A DNA stretch of 64,000 nt from Bacteroidota bacterium (GTDB lineage: Bacteria; Bacteroidota; Bacteroidia; M30B66): the NCBI GenBank assembly GCA_027490225.1, contig JAIXYK010000057.1:13015-77014 (forward strand). Direction: 5' to 3'. Of this stretch, positions 19,768 to 28,945 are shown one piece after another. Under the pieces are notes generated by a model. That model saw nothing but the letters and a program-made list of their open reading frames with translations, made no database searches and had not been told where the DNA came from. How positions within the stretch are numbered: position 1 is the stretch's first letter; every line of letters starts with the position of its first letter. The position numbers and the translations under genes were made by a program.

Positions 19768-21501
19768 ATGAAAAAAAACCTTACCAAAGTTGCAGCATTC
19801 GCACTACTTGCGATGGCAACAAGTTTCGAGGCTTCTGCGCAATTAGCATCGCAGCAAAACCTTGGAGCAGCTTGTGGATGTCCTCCAGTGGCATCTAGAC
19901 CTACTGTTTCCATGTCAACTCTTGCAGTTGTTGGTGGAGCTACTGATGGAGATTTACTTTCTCCAAACACTGTATTAACTTGCGACAAAACTTATTTGTT
20001 AGACAACAAAATTTATGTGCAAGATGGTAAATCATTGACCATTCAACCAGGTACAGTAATTAAAGGAGTTTCTACTGGAACTACAGCAGCAGCTAACGCA
20101 ATTTTAGTAAACCGTGGCGGTAAAATTTTCGCAAATGGTTCAGCAAGTTGCCCAATCGTATTTACAGCATTTGATGACCAATTAGATGGTACTTATGCAT
20201 TAACAAACAAAGGAAAATGGGGTGGAATCATCCTTTTAGGAAAAGCAAAAAACAACTTAACTACAGCTGCTAATTACAGCGCTGCAGGAACAGTAGGTTT
20301 TGCTGGAACTGCTTTAAATTCAGGATCTGTTACTTTAAGTACAGGTCAAGTAATTCCTTCTGGTTACAATGGTGGTGACGGTGTAGGATTCATTGAAGGT
20401 TTCCTTGCTGCTGATGCACGTAATTTATATGGTATGCCTGTGGGTTATGAAGATGATAACGATAACTCAGGTATCATGCGTTATGTTTCTATCCGTCATG
20501 CTGGTGCTACTGTAGGTGCTAACAACGAAATCAACGGTCTTACATTAGGTTCAGTTGGTCGTGGTACTACTTTAGAGTACATCGAAGTTGTTTCTAACGA
20601 TGATGATGGTATCGAGTTTTTTGGTGGTACTGTTAACTTGAAGTATGCAACAGTTATGTTTAACAATGATGATGCATTCGATTACGATCAAGGTTGGAGA
20701 GGTAAAGGCCAATTCTGGTTTGGTGTTAAATTAGATGCAGCTACATTTACAGGTGGCGACGGTGGTTTCGAGGTTGATGGAGATGATCAAAAATCAAATT
20801 CTTCTTACTTATCTCGTCCAATTATTTATAACGCAACTATGATTGGTAATGGTTCAAACACAACACCTACAGGTGGTGGTTCTGGTCCATTCGCAATTCA
20901 AGCTAAAGAGCGTGCTGAAGGTGAAATTTATTCTTCAATTTTCGCTAACTACAGATCTGGTTTCAACTTAGTAAAATCTTTAGGTACAAGAACTGGAACT
21001 GTAGAAGTTTACCACAACTGGTCAGGTTTTGATGCTACTACTCCAACTCCAGTTGCAATTCCAAAAACTTTCAAAGTAGAATGTAATACTTTCATTGGTA
21101 ACACTGCTGCATTAACAGTAGGTGGTTCTACAGCAAACGTTACTGCTGCTGATAACACTCAATTTGCTGCAGATAACAATGTTTCTGCTGCAACTTTAGC
21201 TGGTTTAGATTTTACATTTGCTGCTACAGGAACTACAGTTTCTGATCAGTACAATGCACAACCAAATCCTGCAGTAGCTACAACTTGTGTTGCTCCTCAA
21301 GATGGTTTCTTTACACCTGCTACTTACCGTGGTGCTTTTGCTTTAGGTCAAACATCTTGGTTAACTGACTGGGCTTATTCAGCTTTAATTGATGCTTCAA
21401 ATAACTTAGTTTCTTGTCCTACAGACTTAACTAAGGATGGAGTTACGAATACCGCAGATTTCCTTAACCTAGTTGGTGAATTCGGTAACTCTTGCGATTA
21501 A
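19768..21501 (+). CDS. secreted Gly/Thr-rich protein with C-terminal dockerin-like calcium-binding segment (no T9SS CTD)
   Basis: Signal peptide MKKNLTKVAAFALLAMATSFEASAQ. Repetitive G/T/N-rich beta-rich sequence. C-terminus CPTDLTKDGVTNTADFLNLVGEFGNSCD has D-x-T-x-D-G...D spacing between two Cys. ORF is open from 19726. Confidence 0.55.
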   Translation: MKKNLTKVAAFALLAMATSFEASAQLASQQNLGAACGCPPVASRPTVSMSTLAVVGGATDGDLLSPNTVLTCDKTYLLDNKIYVQDGKSLTIQPGTVIKGVSTGTTAAANAILVNRGGKIFANGSASCPIVFTAFDDQLDGTYALTNKGKWGGIILLGKAKNNLTTAANYSAAGTVGFAGTALNSGSVTLSTGQVIPSGYNGGDGVGFIEGFLAADARNLYGMPVGYEDDNDNSGIMRYVSIRHAGATVGANNEINGLTLGSVGRGTTLEYIEVVSNDDDGIEFFGGTVNLKYATVMFNNDDAFDYDQGWRGKGQFWFGVKLDAATFTGGDGGFEVDGDDQKSNSSYLSRPIIYNATMIGNGSNTTPTGGGSGPFAIQAKERAEGEIYSSIFANYRSGFNLVKSLGTRTGTVEVYHNWSGFDATTPTPVAIPKTFKVECNTFIGNTAALTVGGSTANVTAADNTQFAADNNVSAATLAGLDFTFAATGTTVSDQYNAQPNPAVATTCVAPQDGFFTPATYRGAFALGQTSWLTDWAYSALIDASNNLVSCPTDLTKDGVTNTADFLNLVGEFGNSCD

Positions 21502-21531
21502 TCCACATAAAATTTAAAAACAAATATTAAA

Positions 21532-24500
21532 ATGAAAAAAATATTTTTAGGCTTAGCTTTGTTATGCTCGGCGGCCTTGGTTAATGCTCAAAATGGGTTA
21601 GAGGCCCTTACTGTTGAGAAATACTACGTTTCTAATGCTACAGATGCTGCAGGAAGCGTTGGAACTTTACCAACAGGTTCTGTAACTTACAGATTCTTTG
21701 TTGACCTTTTACCAGGTTACACTTTCCAAGCAGCTTACGCTGTACCAGGAAGTGGAGGAGTTGGAGCACATCCTTTATTCTTTACTACATCAACAACTTT
21801 CTTCAACAACGAAGATAGAGGAGCTACAACGCCAACATATACAAAAACACAAGCAAGAGGTAACTCAGTAATGTTAGATTCTTGGATTTCTGTTGGTGGT
21901 GTTGCTGCAGGTAACGTAGGTGTATTGAAATCAGAAGATGATGGTGTTGCTACTGTTGTAAACAATAGTGTTCCTCAAATGCTTCAAAATGCTAATGCTT
22001 CTGCAGGTATCGCTTTATCTCTTCAAGATGGTTATTTATTGGGAACTCCAGGAACTGTTACTACAGTAGGAACTCAAATCGTAACTCAATTAGCAGGTTT
22101 AGATGCAACTAGCCAGGCTGCTAGTTCATTTTCTTTAACTGATGGTGCTTGGTCTAATTTAACAGGTTCAACTGGTCCACTAGCTTCTAACAGAATTTGT
22201 ATTGCACAGATTACTACAGATGGTGTTTTAGATTACAAATTAAACATTCAAGTTGGTGTTCCGGCTGCTAATGGTGGTGGTGTTCAGCGTTTTGTTGCTG
22301 ATAACGCTGTTGGTGCTGAGATTGCATTCCCAAGTTTAGCTGGTACATTAGGAGCTCCTAACGTATTACCAACTGTAAGTATTACATCACCAGCTAATGG
22401 TGCTTCTTTTATTACTGGTTCTACTGTAAATATCGCTGCAACAGCTGCTGATGCTGGTGGTTCAATTGCTTCAGTTGCTTTCTTTATTGATGGTGTATTG
22501 TTGTCTACAGATAACACTGCTCCTTACACAGCTTCTTACGTTCCAACTATTGGAAGTGATGCAATTACTGCAGTAGCTACTGATAACGAAGGTGCTCAAA
22601 CAACTTCAACTGCTGTTAACATTACTGTTGCTAACAACCCTCCTCCAACTGTTGCTATTACAGCACCAACTACTGGAGCTTCATTTATTACTGGTTCTAT
22701 TGTTAACATTACTGCTACTGCAACTGATAACGGTTCTGTAACAGGAGTTGAATTTTTAGTTGATGGTGTTGTTATTTCAACAGACAACACTTCTCCTTAC
22801 ACTGCAACATACACTTCTACTTTAGGTGGACACGTATTAACTGCAAGAGCTACTGATAACTTAGGTTTATCAGCAACTTCTACTGCTGTAAACATTACTG
22901 TTGTTAACAACGTGCCTCCAAGTGTAACGCTTACTTCACCTTTAGCTTCTGCTTTATTTACAGCTCCAGCAGTTGTTAATATTACTGCAAATGTTACTGA
23001 TAATGATGGAACTATTGCTTTAGTTGAGTTTTTAGTTAATGGAACTGTTGTAAATTCAACTTCAGTTGGTTCATCTCCATATTCTTTTGCTTGGACAAGT
23101 ACTCCTGGTATTAGAGCATTTTCTGTAAGAGCTACAGATAACAATGGTGGTATTACTACTTCTAACGTTGTAACATTAGAAATTGCTGATCCAAATGCAC
23201 TTCCTTACAGAATTACATCTTCAGTAAATACTTGTAATGCAACTAATTTCTGCTTACCAATCCGCGCTTTAAACACTGTTTCTAACGTTATTGGTTATGA
23301 TATCACAGTTAATTTTGATAACACTAAAGTTGCTCCTGCTGCTTCTAACACTGTAACTGTACTAGGTGATTTAATCAACCCTTCATTTGTAGAGGTTGGA
23401 AGTTCAGTAGATCAAGCTGCTGGTACTATCAACATTTACTTATCATTTAACGGTACAGCTCCTGCTGCAACTCGTTTCTCTGGAACTGGTGATTTATTAT
23501 GTATCAACTTCAACAGATTAGCAGGTTCAACTTCTACTGACGTAGCTTCTTTCTCAGTGCCTTTCTTACAAGAAAGTTATTTCACTGGTGTTCAAGGTAA
23601 ATTAACTCAAAGCGGTACTTATGAAACTTTCAGAGACACTGCATTTAATGGTAAATTAAAACTTTGGTCAGATAATAGCGCAATTGGTTACAATGCAGCT
23701 AATCCAAACCAATTCTTAATCACAAACATTAGAGGTAACAATGCTACTGGTACTGCTCCTTCTGTAACTTTGGTTCAACCAAACACTTTAGGTGAGTTCA
23801 AATACAGCACTAACAATGGTTTGTTTATCAATATCGAAAAAGATATCTTATCTAATACAGATGTTCAAGCTGTTGTAAACGGTTTCGACGCTTTATTAGC
23901 TAGAAGAATCTTATTGAATGATGCTTCTTTCTTACCAAATGTTAATCAAATAGTTGCTGCTGATGTTAACTTAGATGGTGTTATCTCTGCTGGTGATATT
24001 TCTCAAATTAACCAACGTGCAGTATTATTCATTCCTGAATTCAGACAAGCTTGGAATTACAATGCACAAGGTGTTTCTGATGGTCGTCCTTCAAAAGATT
24101 GGTTATTTATTGACTCTGCAAGAGTTGTTTCAAATCCTTTGTATACACGTTCAACTACATATCCTGCTTCTAACGGAACTGGTTTCAACAAGTCAAACGT
24201 ACCTCAAGTACCTTTCAATTTACCAGTTGTAGTAAGTAACTTTGCAGTTTGTCCTGAATTCTCTTTAGAATTTTATAATGGAGTTTTAATTGGAGATGTT
24301 AACGGTAACGTTGCAACTGCAAATCCAAGCAACTTATTCAGAGATGAGGCTAACAAAGTTATTTTCAACTTAAACCAAGCTGTTTATGCTAACAATACAG
24401 TTGAAATTCCAGTTTCTGTTTTAGGAACTAATGTTATAAACTCTGTGGATTTTGCATTACAATTAGATGAGTCTAAACTTTCTTTCAACTCTATTAATAA

Positions 24501-24978
24501 TGTTGATGCTTCTTTAGATGCATTCAGCCACTTTAATACTGAAGACAGAACAGTACGTTTCACATCTAACAACATGGAAGCAATTCAAAATAATGCAGTT
24601 CTTGCTACATTAAAATTGAACATTGTTTCTGGAAATGTTTCTTCTTCTGATATTAAAAACGCAATTTCTTACTTAAACGGTGATGCTTCTGGTGTTGAGT
24701 TTGTAGGAGATTTCTCTACGGGTATCAATGCAGTTGATTTTTCAAATGTAGTTTCTGTTTTCCCTAATCCTGCAAACGAATATGTACAAGTTCTTTCTCC
24801 TGAATCAGCTAACATTCAATTGTTAGATGCTGCTGGTAGATTAGTTCTTGGTTCAATCAATGCAATTGGTGGTCAAACACAAACTATCAACACTTCAGAT
24901 TTATCTGCTGGTGTTTATTTTGTTCGTATTGCAAACGATAATTTTTCAGTAATGAAGAAAATTGTTTTGAACAAATAA
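21532..24978 (+). CDS. large T9SS type-A cargo protein: paralog N-domain + 3 Ig-like repeats + 2 cohesin-like modules + dockerin-like segment + CTD
   Basis: N-domain matches 12973 and 17173. Three ~90-aa repeats. Modules similar to 25122 and 25951. Segment DVNLDGVISAGDISQINQRAV. CTD VFPNPANEYVQVL...GVYFVRIANDNFSVMKKIVLNK. Confidence 0.7.
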   Translation: MKKIFLGLALLCSAALVNAQNGLEALTVEKYYVSNATDAAGSVGTLPTGSVTYRFFVDLLPGYTFQAAYAVPGSGGVGAHPLFFTTSTTFFNNEDRGATTPTYTKTQARGNSVMLDSWISVGGVAAGNVGVLKSEDDGVATVVNNSVPQMLQNANASAGIALSLQDGYLLGTPGTVTTVGTQIVTQLAGLDATSQAASSFSLTDGAWSNLTGSTGPLASNRICIAQITTDGVLDYKLNIQVGVPAANGGGVQRFVADNAVGAEIAFPSLAGTLGAPNVLPTVSITSPANGASFITGSTVNIAATAADAGGSIASVAFFIDGVLLSTDNTAPYTASYVPTIGSDAITAVATDNEGAQTTSTAVNITVANNPPPTVAITAPTTGASFITGSIVNITATATDNGSVTGVEFLVDGVVISTDNTSPYTATYTSTLGGHVLTARATDNLGLSATSTAVNITVVNNVPPSVTLTSPLASALFTAPAVVNITANVTDNDGTIALVEFLVNGTVVNSTSVGSSPYSFAWTSTPGIRAFSVRATDNNGGITTSNVVTLEIADPNALPYRITSSVNTCNATNFCLPIRALNTVSNVIGYDITVNFDNTKVAPAASNTVTVLGDLINPSFVEVGSSVDQAAGTINIYLSFNGTAPAATRFSGTGDLLCINFNRLAGSTSTDVASFSVPFLQESYFTGVQGKLTQSGTYETFRDTAFNGKLKLWSDNSAIGYNAANPNQFLITNIRGNNATGTAPSVTLVQPNTLGEFKYSTNNGLFINIEKDILSNTDVQAVVNGFDALLARRILLNDASFLPNVNQIVAADVNLDGVISAGDISQINQRAVLFIPEFRQAWNYNAQGVSDGRPSKDWLFIDSARVVSNPLYTRSTTYPASNGTGFNKSNVPQVPFNLPVVVSNFAVCPEFSLEFYNGVLIGDVNGNVATANPSNLFRDEANKVIFNLNQAVYANNTVEIPVSVLGTNVINSVDFALQLDESKLSFNSINNVDASLDAFSHFNTEDRTVRFTSNNMEAIQNNAVLATLKLNIVSGNVSSSDIKNAISYLNGDASGVEFVGDFSTGINAVDFSNVVSVFPNPANEYVQVLSPESANIQLLDAAGRLVLGSINAIGGQTQTINTSDLSAGVYFVRIANDNFSVMKKIVLNK
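22371..23190 (+). repeat. three tandem ~270-nt repeats encoding Ig-like domains inside 21532..24978
   Basis: Protein repeats ...SP..GASFITGS.VNI.ATA.D.G......F.VDGV..STDNT.PYTA.Y....G......A.DN.G...TSTAVNITV.NN occur three times. Confidence 0.7.
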
Positions 24979-25000
24979 TAATTAATTAGATTTTTCAAAA

Positions 25001-25032
25001 AGGGTCTTGATTCATTTCAAGGCCCTTTTTTT
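25001..25032 (+). terminator. rho-independent terminator
   Basis: 9-bp stem GGGTCTTGA / TCAAGGCCC with one G-T wobble, 6-nt loop, T7 run. Confidence 0.65.
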
Positions 25033-25121
25033 ATTAAAATTTTTACAAAAACTTAATATTGAAGAATCTAATTTATTAAACTTAAAAATTACATTTACAC
25101 GATAATAAATACTTTGCAACC

Positions 25122-25907
25122 ATGAAAAAATTATTACTTTCTGTTTTTGTACTTACTGGCTTTTCTTTGTTTGGAACGATAAATTTCAATGCAATTGAAG
25201 GTAAGGACAATGACAATAAAAATACCTTAAAGCCTATTACAGAAGGAATCAGAACAATAGATTCTGGAGATACGGTAGTTTTCGACTTAACTCAAATTAC
25301 TGATTTAGGTAATGCAGTTATATTTCCTGTTTCTGTTATTTCAGACGATGTAATCTTATCTTTAGATTTTTCATTAAAATATAACCAAACTGATTTTAAT
25401 TGGGATACAATCATTCCTAATACAACCAATGTATTAAATGCTACACAGAATTTTAATGAGAATGATTTAACGTTACGTTTTAGTTCATATACATTAGATT
25501 TTAATCAAGGGTATTTGTTATCAGAACCAATTGTAGATATTCGTTTTAATGTGCTTGCTGGGGTTTTAGACAGCAGCGATTTGGATATAGTAGCTGTGTA
25601 TTTAAATGGAGATCCTTGCAGCTTTATTGTAAAAGTAGATGCTGCTGTAGGACTTGAAAATACAATGAAAAAAGCAGCATTTGTGAATGTTTTTCCAAAT
25701 CCAACAAGCAATTTTGTAAGTTTGACTTGCAGCGACAATGCAGTTGCTGAAATAGTTGATTTAAATGGAAAATCAATCATTTCCAATATTGAATTAAATG
25801 CGGGGCAAAATACATCAGTTGCCACTAATAATATTGCAAGTGGAATCTATTTTGTAAAATTCACATCATCCAATAAAACACAGTTTAGAAAATTAATCAT
25901 ACAGTAG
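25122..25907 (+). CDS. T9SS type-A cargo protein with single cohesin-like module
   Basis: Signal peptide. Module DTVVFDL...FPVSVISDDVILSLDFSLKYN...LTLRFSS...AVYLNGD. CTD VFPNPTSNFVSL...GIYFVKF. Confidence 0.6.
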   Translation: MKKLLLSVFVLTGFSLFGTINFNAIEGKDNDNKNTLKPITEGIRTIDSGDTVVFDLTQITDLGNAVIFPVSVISDDVILSLDFSLKYNQTDFNWDTIIPNTTNVLNATQNFNENDLTLRFSSYTLDFNQGYLLSEPIVDIRFNVLAGVLDSSDLDIVAVYLNGDPCSFIVKVDAAVGLENTMKKAAFVNVFPNPTSNFVSLTCSDNAVAEIVDLNGKSIISNIELNAGQNTSVATNNIASGIYFVKFTSSNKTQFRKLIIQ

Positions 25908-25950
25908 TAATTTTATTACTTTTGAACTATTGTATTGTTAATTTTTTAGT

Positions 25951-26718
25951 TTGATGAAATATGTTGTCTTGTTTATTTTTAGTTTAAGTATCTTTTCATT
26001 TAGAGGTATTTCCCAAGAAAATGATTTAGATAACATTTTAAAAAACGAAAATTTTATAGACTCTATTTTGTCTAATTTATCATTTACAATTGATGAATTA
26101 GACACTGTAGTTTTTGATATTAATTCTGGAAATTTTAATTCAGATTTCATAGAATTTCCAGTAAGTATTATTAGCGATGATTCTATTTATTCTTTAGATT
26201 TTTCTTTTGAATTTAATAGCTTAAATTATGTTTATGATACTGTTTATCCATTGATTTCTCCAGTTCAATTTCTCGCTTATTTTAATACTGAAGATTTACG
26301 TTTGCGATTTACTTCCAATAGTTTTACAATTTATCCAACATTGACTCCTGTAGTTTTTGTTGGATTTAACATTTTAGACTTTTCATTTTGCGAGTTGAAT
26401 TTTTTTGAGCCCAAGGCATATCTTAATGGCGATAGATGCAGCGTGAAAATTACTGCTTGTCCAGATCCAACATTCATTGAAAAAATAGCCGCTTCCAAAT
26501 TAGTTTACCCAAATCCTGTTATAGATGAACTCTTTATAGCTCAGCCTCAGGGTTCCAAAGTTTACATTTTAGATAACCTTGGAAATATTGTTTATGAAAA
26601 GTTTAATCAACAAATGTCTTCGACTATTTCTATGGAGAAATTTAGTGCTGGAGTGTATTTTTTAAAACTTGAAACGTCCTCCTCAGTAGAATCACATAAG
26701 ATTATTGTTACCAAATAA
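25951..26718 (+). CDS. T9SS type-A cargo protein with single cohesin-like module (paralog of 25122)
   Basis: Module DTVVFDI...FPVSIISDDSIYSLDFSFEFN...LRLRFTS...AYLNGD. CTD VYPNPVIDELFIA...GVYFLKL. Confidence 0.6.
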   Translation: MMKYVVLFIFSLSIFSFRGISQENDLDNILKNENFIDSILSNLSFTIDELDTVVFDINSGNFNSDFIEFPVSIISDDSIYSLDFSFEFNSLNYVYDTVYPLISPVQFLAYFNTEDLRLRFTSNSFTIYPTLTPVVFVGFNILDFSFCELNFFEPKAYLNGDRCSVKITACPDPTFIEKIAASKLVYPNPVIDELFIAQPQGSKVYILDNLGNIVYEKFNQQMSSTISMEKFSAGVYFLKLETSSSVESHKIIVTK

Positions 26719-26722
26719 TAGA

Positions 26723-27145
26723 TTATTTCACTACCACTCCGTCTTTAATTTCCACATCTGTAAGAAACCCGCTGCAGAAACCTTTTACCACTATATTTTG
26801 AGAAGGAGTTAAAGATTTTACATCATCTAAATGCCTTTTATCTATTGAAACTCTCACAGAACCAAAAGTTGCATCAGGAACCGAAAAAATAACCCTTGCA
26901 ATAGAATCTGTATTTTCAATTTCGGCGACAGCTCCGCTTATTTCAAGCACTTTACCTACATAAATTGTATTTGCTTGTTGCTCGTTCGTTTCGAAAGCTT
27001 TGTAAAGGTCAATTGCAGTTACTTTTATTCCTTCCATTTCAGAGGCATCAGCGTGTGGTTTATTCCACATTTTGTATGCTACAAAGCCGCCAATTGCTGC
27101 AGCTACCAATCCAATTACAATAACAATTTTTAAGTTTCGTTTCAT
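26723..27145 (-). CDS. small membrane-anchored OB-fold (tRNA_anti-like family) protein
   Basis: N-terminal TM segment. ~140 aa with the Bacteroidota tRNA_anti-like pattern (YVGKVLEISG...VVVKG). Confidence 0.45.
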   Translation of the reverse strand: MKRNLKIVIVIGLVAAAIGGFVAYKMWNKPHADASEMEGIKVTAIDLYKAFETNEQQANTIYVGKVLEISGAVAEIENTDSIARVIFSVPDATFGSVRVSIDKRHLDDVKSLTPSQNIVVKGFCSGFLTDVEIKDGVVVK

Positions 27146-27239
27146 GTTGTAAGTTATATTCAGTAAAAGAACTGATTTTTTTTGATTAGTCTACCATAAT
27201 TAATCTAATTTTGTCCCTATTCCAATTAGTTAACGAATA

Positions 27240-27950
27240 ATGAAAAAAGCTCTTTTTACAATTTCTGTTATCGCGCTTATTGCTTTAATAGGTTGTAAAC
27301 ACGATTTGCAAATGGCAATTACGGAGCTAAATGGAGGATCAGATACAACTGTAATAAATCCTCCACCACCCGTTGATACAATGATTTGTTTTGAATCTCA
27401 AATTTTGCCATTGTTTGTTAGCTCTTGTGCCAAAAGTGGCTGTCATGATGCGATTACAGCAGAAAAGGATTACATTTTAACGAGTTATCAGGCAATAATG
27501 GAAGAGATTGTGCCCTTTAATCCGAATAACAGCAAATTTCTTGAAGTGATGCTTTTGCCGGCAACTGAAAATGATGCAATGCCACCACTTCCAGCTGCAC
27601 GAATGACTGCTGAACAAATTGCTTTAATTACACAATGGATAAATCAAGGTGCCCAAAACACAACAAATTGCGCCAACACATGCGATACAACTCAGTTTCA
27701 ATATACAGCTCATATTAAACCAATAATGTCAACTTATTGCAATGGCTGTCACCAAGGTACGAGTCCTTCGGCAGGAATAAATACATCTACTCATGCAGGA
27801 TTAAGCGCCATTGCAGCAAATGGCAAATTGGTAGGTGTTACCAATCATTTACCAGGATTTTCATTCATGCCACAAAATCAACCTTTAATGGATGCTTGTT
27901 ACAGAACTAAAATTCAGAAATGGGTTTTAGCAGGTGCTCCAAACAATTAA
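27240..27950 (+). CDS. lipoprotein with two c-type-cytochrome-like (PSCyt1-like) domains
   Basis: Lipobox LIGC. ILPLFVSSCAKSGCH (CX4CH) and YCNGCHQG (CXXCH), each followed by ...MPP/MPQ...W(I/V).(Q/A)GA, the Planctomycete-cytochrome-C-type layout. Confidence 0.55.
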   Translation: MKKALFTISVIALIALIGCKHDLQMAITELNGGSDTTVINPPPPVDTMICFESQILPLFVSSCAKSGCHDAITAEKDYILTSYQAIMEEIVPFNPNNSKFLEVMLLPATENDAMPPLPAARMTAEQIALITQWINQGAQNTTNCANTCDTTQFQYTAHIKPIMSTYCNGCHQGTSPSAGINTSTHAGLSAIAANGKLVGVTNHLPGFSFMPQNQPLMDACYRTKIQKWVLAGAPNN

Positions 27951-27963
27951 TTATTATCTAAAT

Positions 27964-28350
27964 ATGAATAAAATTATTTTGCTATGTTTTGCCTTTGTTT
28001 CAATTAGTTTAACTTCTTGCTATTATGATGTAGATGAGGAGTTAAATCCACCATTAACAAACAATGATTGCGATACAACAGCTTCAAAATTTGCTGCAGA
28101 TATACAACCAATTTTAAATTCAAACTGTGCCACATCGGGTTGCCATACTGCTGCTGTAATAGCTGGAGGATATGTCTTTGATAATTATAACGATGTGAAA
28201 TCTACAATTGTAAATGACTCTGCAAGGTTTATTGGTTCTATTTTGCAACAAACTGGCTATAGCCCAATGCCAAAAGGAGGCGGTAAATTAAGCGATTGTA
28301 ATATTTCTAAAATAAAAGCCTGGCTTGCATCGGGTGCCCCCAATAATTAA
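27964..28350 (+). CDS. lipoprotein with one c-type-cytochrome-like (PSCyt1-like) domain, tandem paralog
   Basis: Lipobox LTSC. NCATSGCHTA (CX4CH)...SPMPKGGGKLS...WLASGAPNN. ORF is open from 27934 but that overlaps the previous gene; ATG at 27964 preferred. Confidence 0.5.
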   Translation: MNKIILLCFAFVSISLTSCYYDVDEELNPPLTNNDCDTTASKFAADIQPILNSNCATSGCHTAAVIAGGYVFDNYNDVKSTIVNDSARFIGSILQQTGYSPMPKGGGKLSDCNISKIKAWLASGAPNN

Positions 28351-28378
28351 TATTAATTCAATTTAAAACTCATAAAAC

Positions 28379-28945
28379 ATGAAAAAATCAATTTTATTTT
28401 TTGCTGCTTTTACAGCATTTGTTTCATTAAATGTAAACGCACAAGATCAATATTTTACAAAAACTGCTAAAATAAATTTCGATGCATCTCCTGCTGAACC
28501 GATTGAAGTAATAGATGCAGTTAACAATGAAGGAACTTCTTTGTTAAATGTTAAAACGGGTGATATTGGATTTATGCTTTTAGTTAAGAGCTTTCGTTTT
28601 GAAAGAGCTTTAATGGAAGAGCACTTTAATGAAAATTATATGGAAAGTACAAAGTTTCCTAAAGGAGATTTTAGTGGGAAGATTGATAATTTATCTGCTG
28701 TAAATTTTACAAAAGATGGAACCTACAAAGTAAAAGTTTCAGGGAAATTAACCATACATGGCATTACACAACCAACTACTGCTGACGGTGTTATTACTGT
28801 TAAAAACGGTAAAATATCTGCAAGCTCAAGTTTTTCAATTAAACTAGCTGATTATAAAATTGACCGTCCGAAAGTGGTTGCCAATAAAATTAACGAAACT
28901 GTGAAAATTACTGTTGCTGCTAACTACGAATTGAAAAAAAAATAG
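28379..28945 (+). CDS. YceI-like family periplasmic protein
   Basis: Signal peptide; YceI pattern (KINFDAS.AEP...GKLTIHGITQP...). Confidence 0.7.
   Translation: MKKSILFFAAFTAFVSLNVNAQDQYFTKTAKINFDASPAEPIEVIDAVNNEGTSLLNVKTGDIGFMLLVKSFRFERALMEEHFNENYMESTKFPKGDFSGKIDNLSAVNFTKDGTYKVKVSGKLTIHGITQPTTADGVITVKNGKISASSSFSIKLADYKIDRPKVVANKINETVKITVAANYELKKK

Noticed and set aside
22284-23144. Antisense ORFs (22284..22517, 22596..22790, 22797..23144, 21735..21965) opposite the Ig-like repeat region of 21532..24978
   Set aside because: Ala/Thr/Val-rich mirror translations of a GC-skewed repeat; no independent start context.
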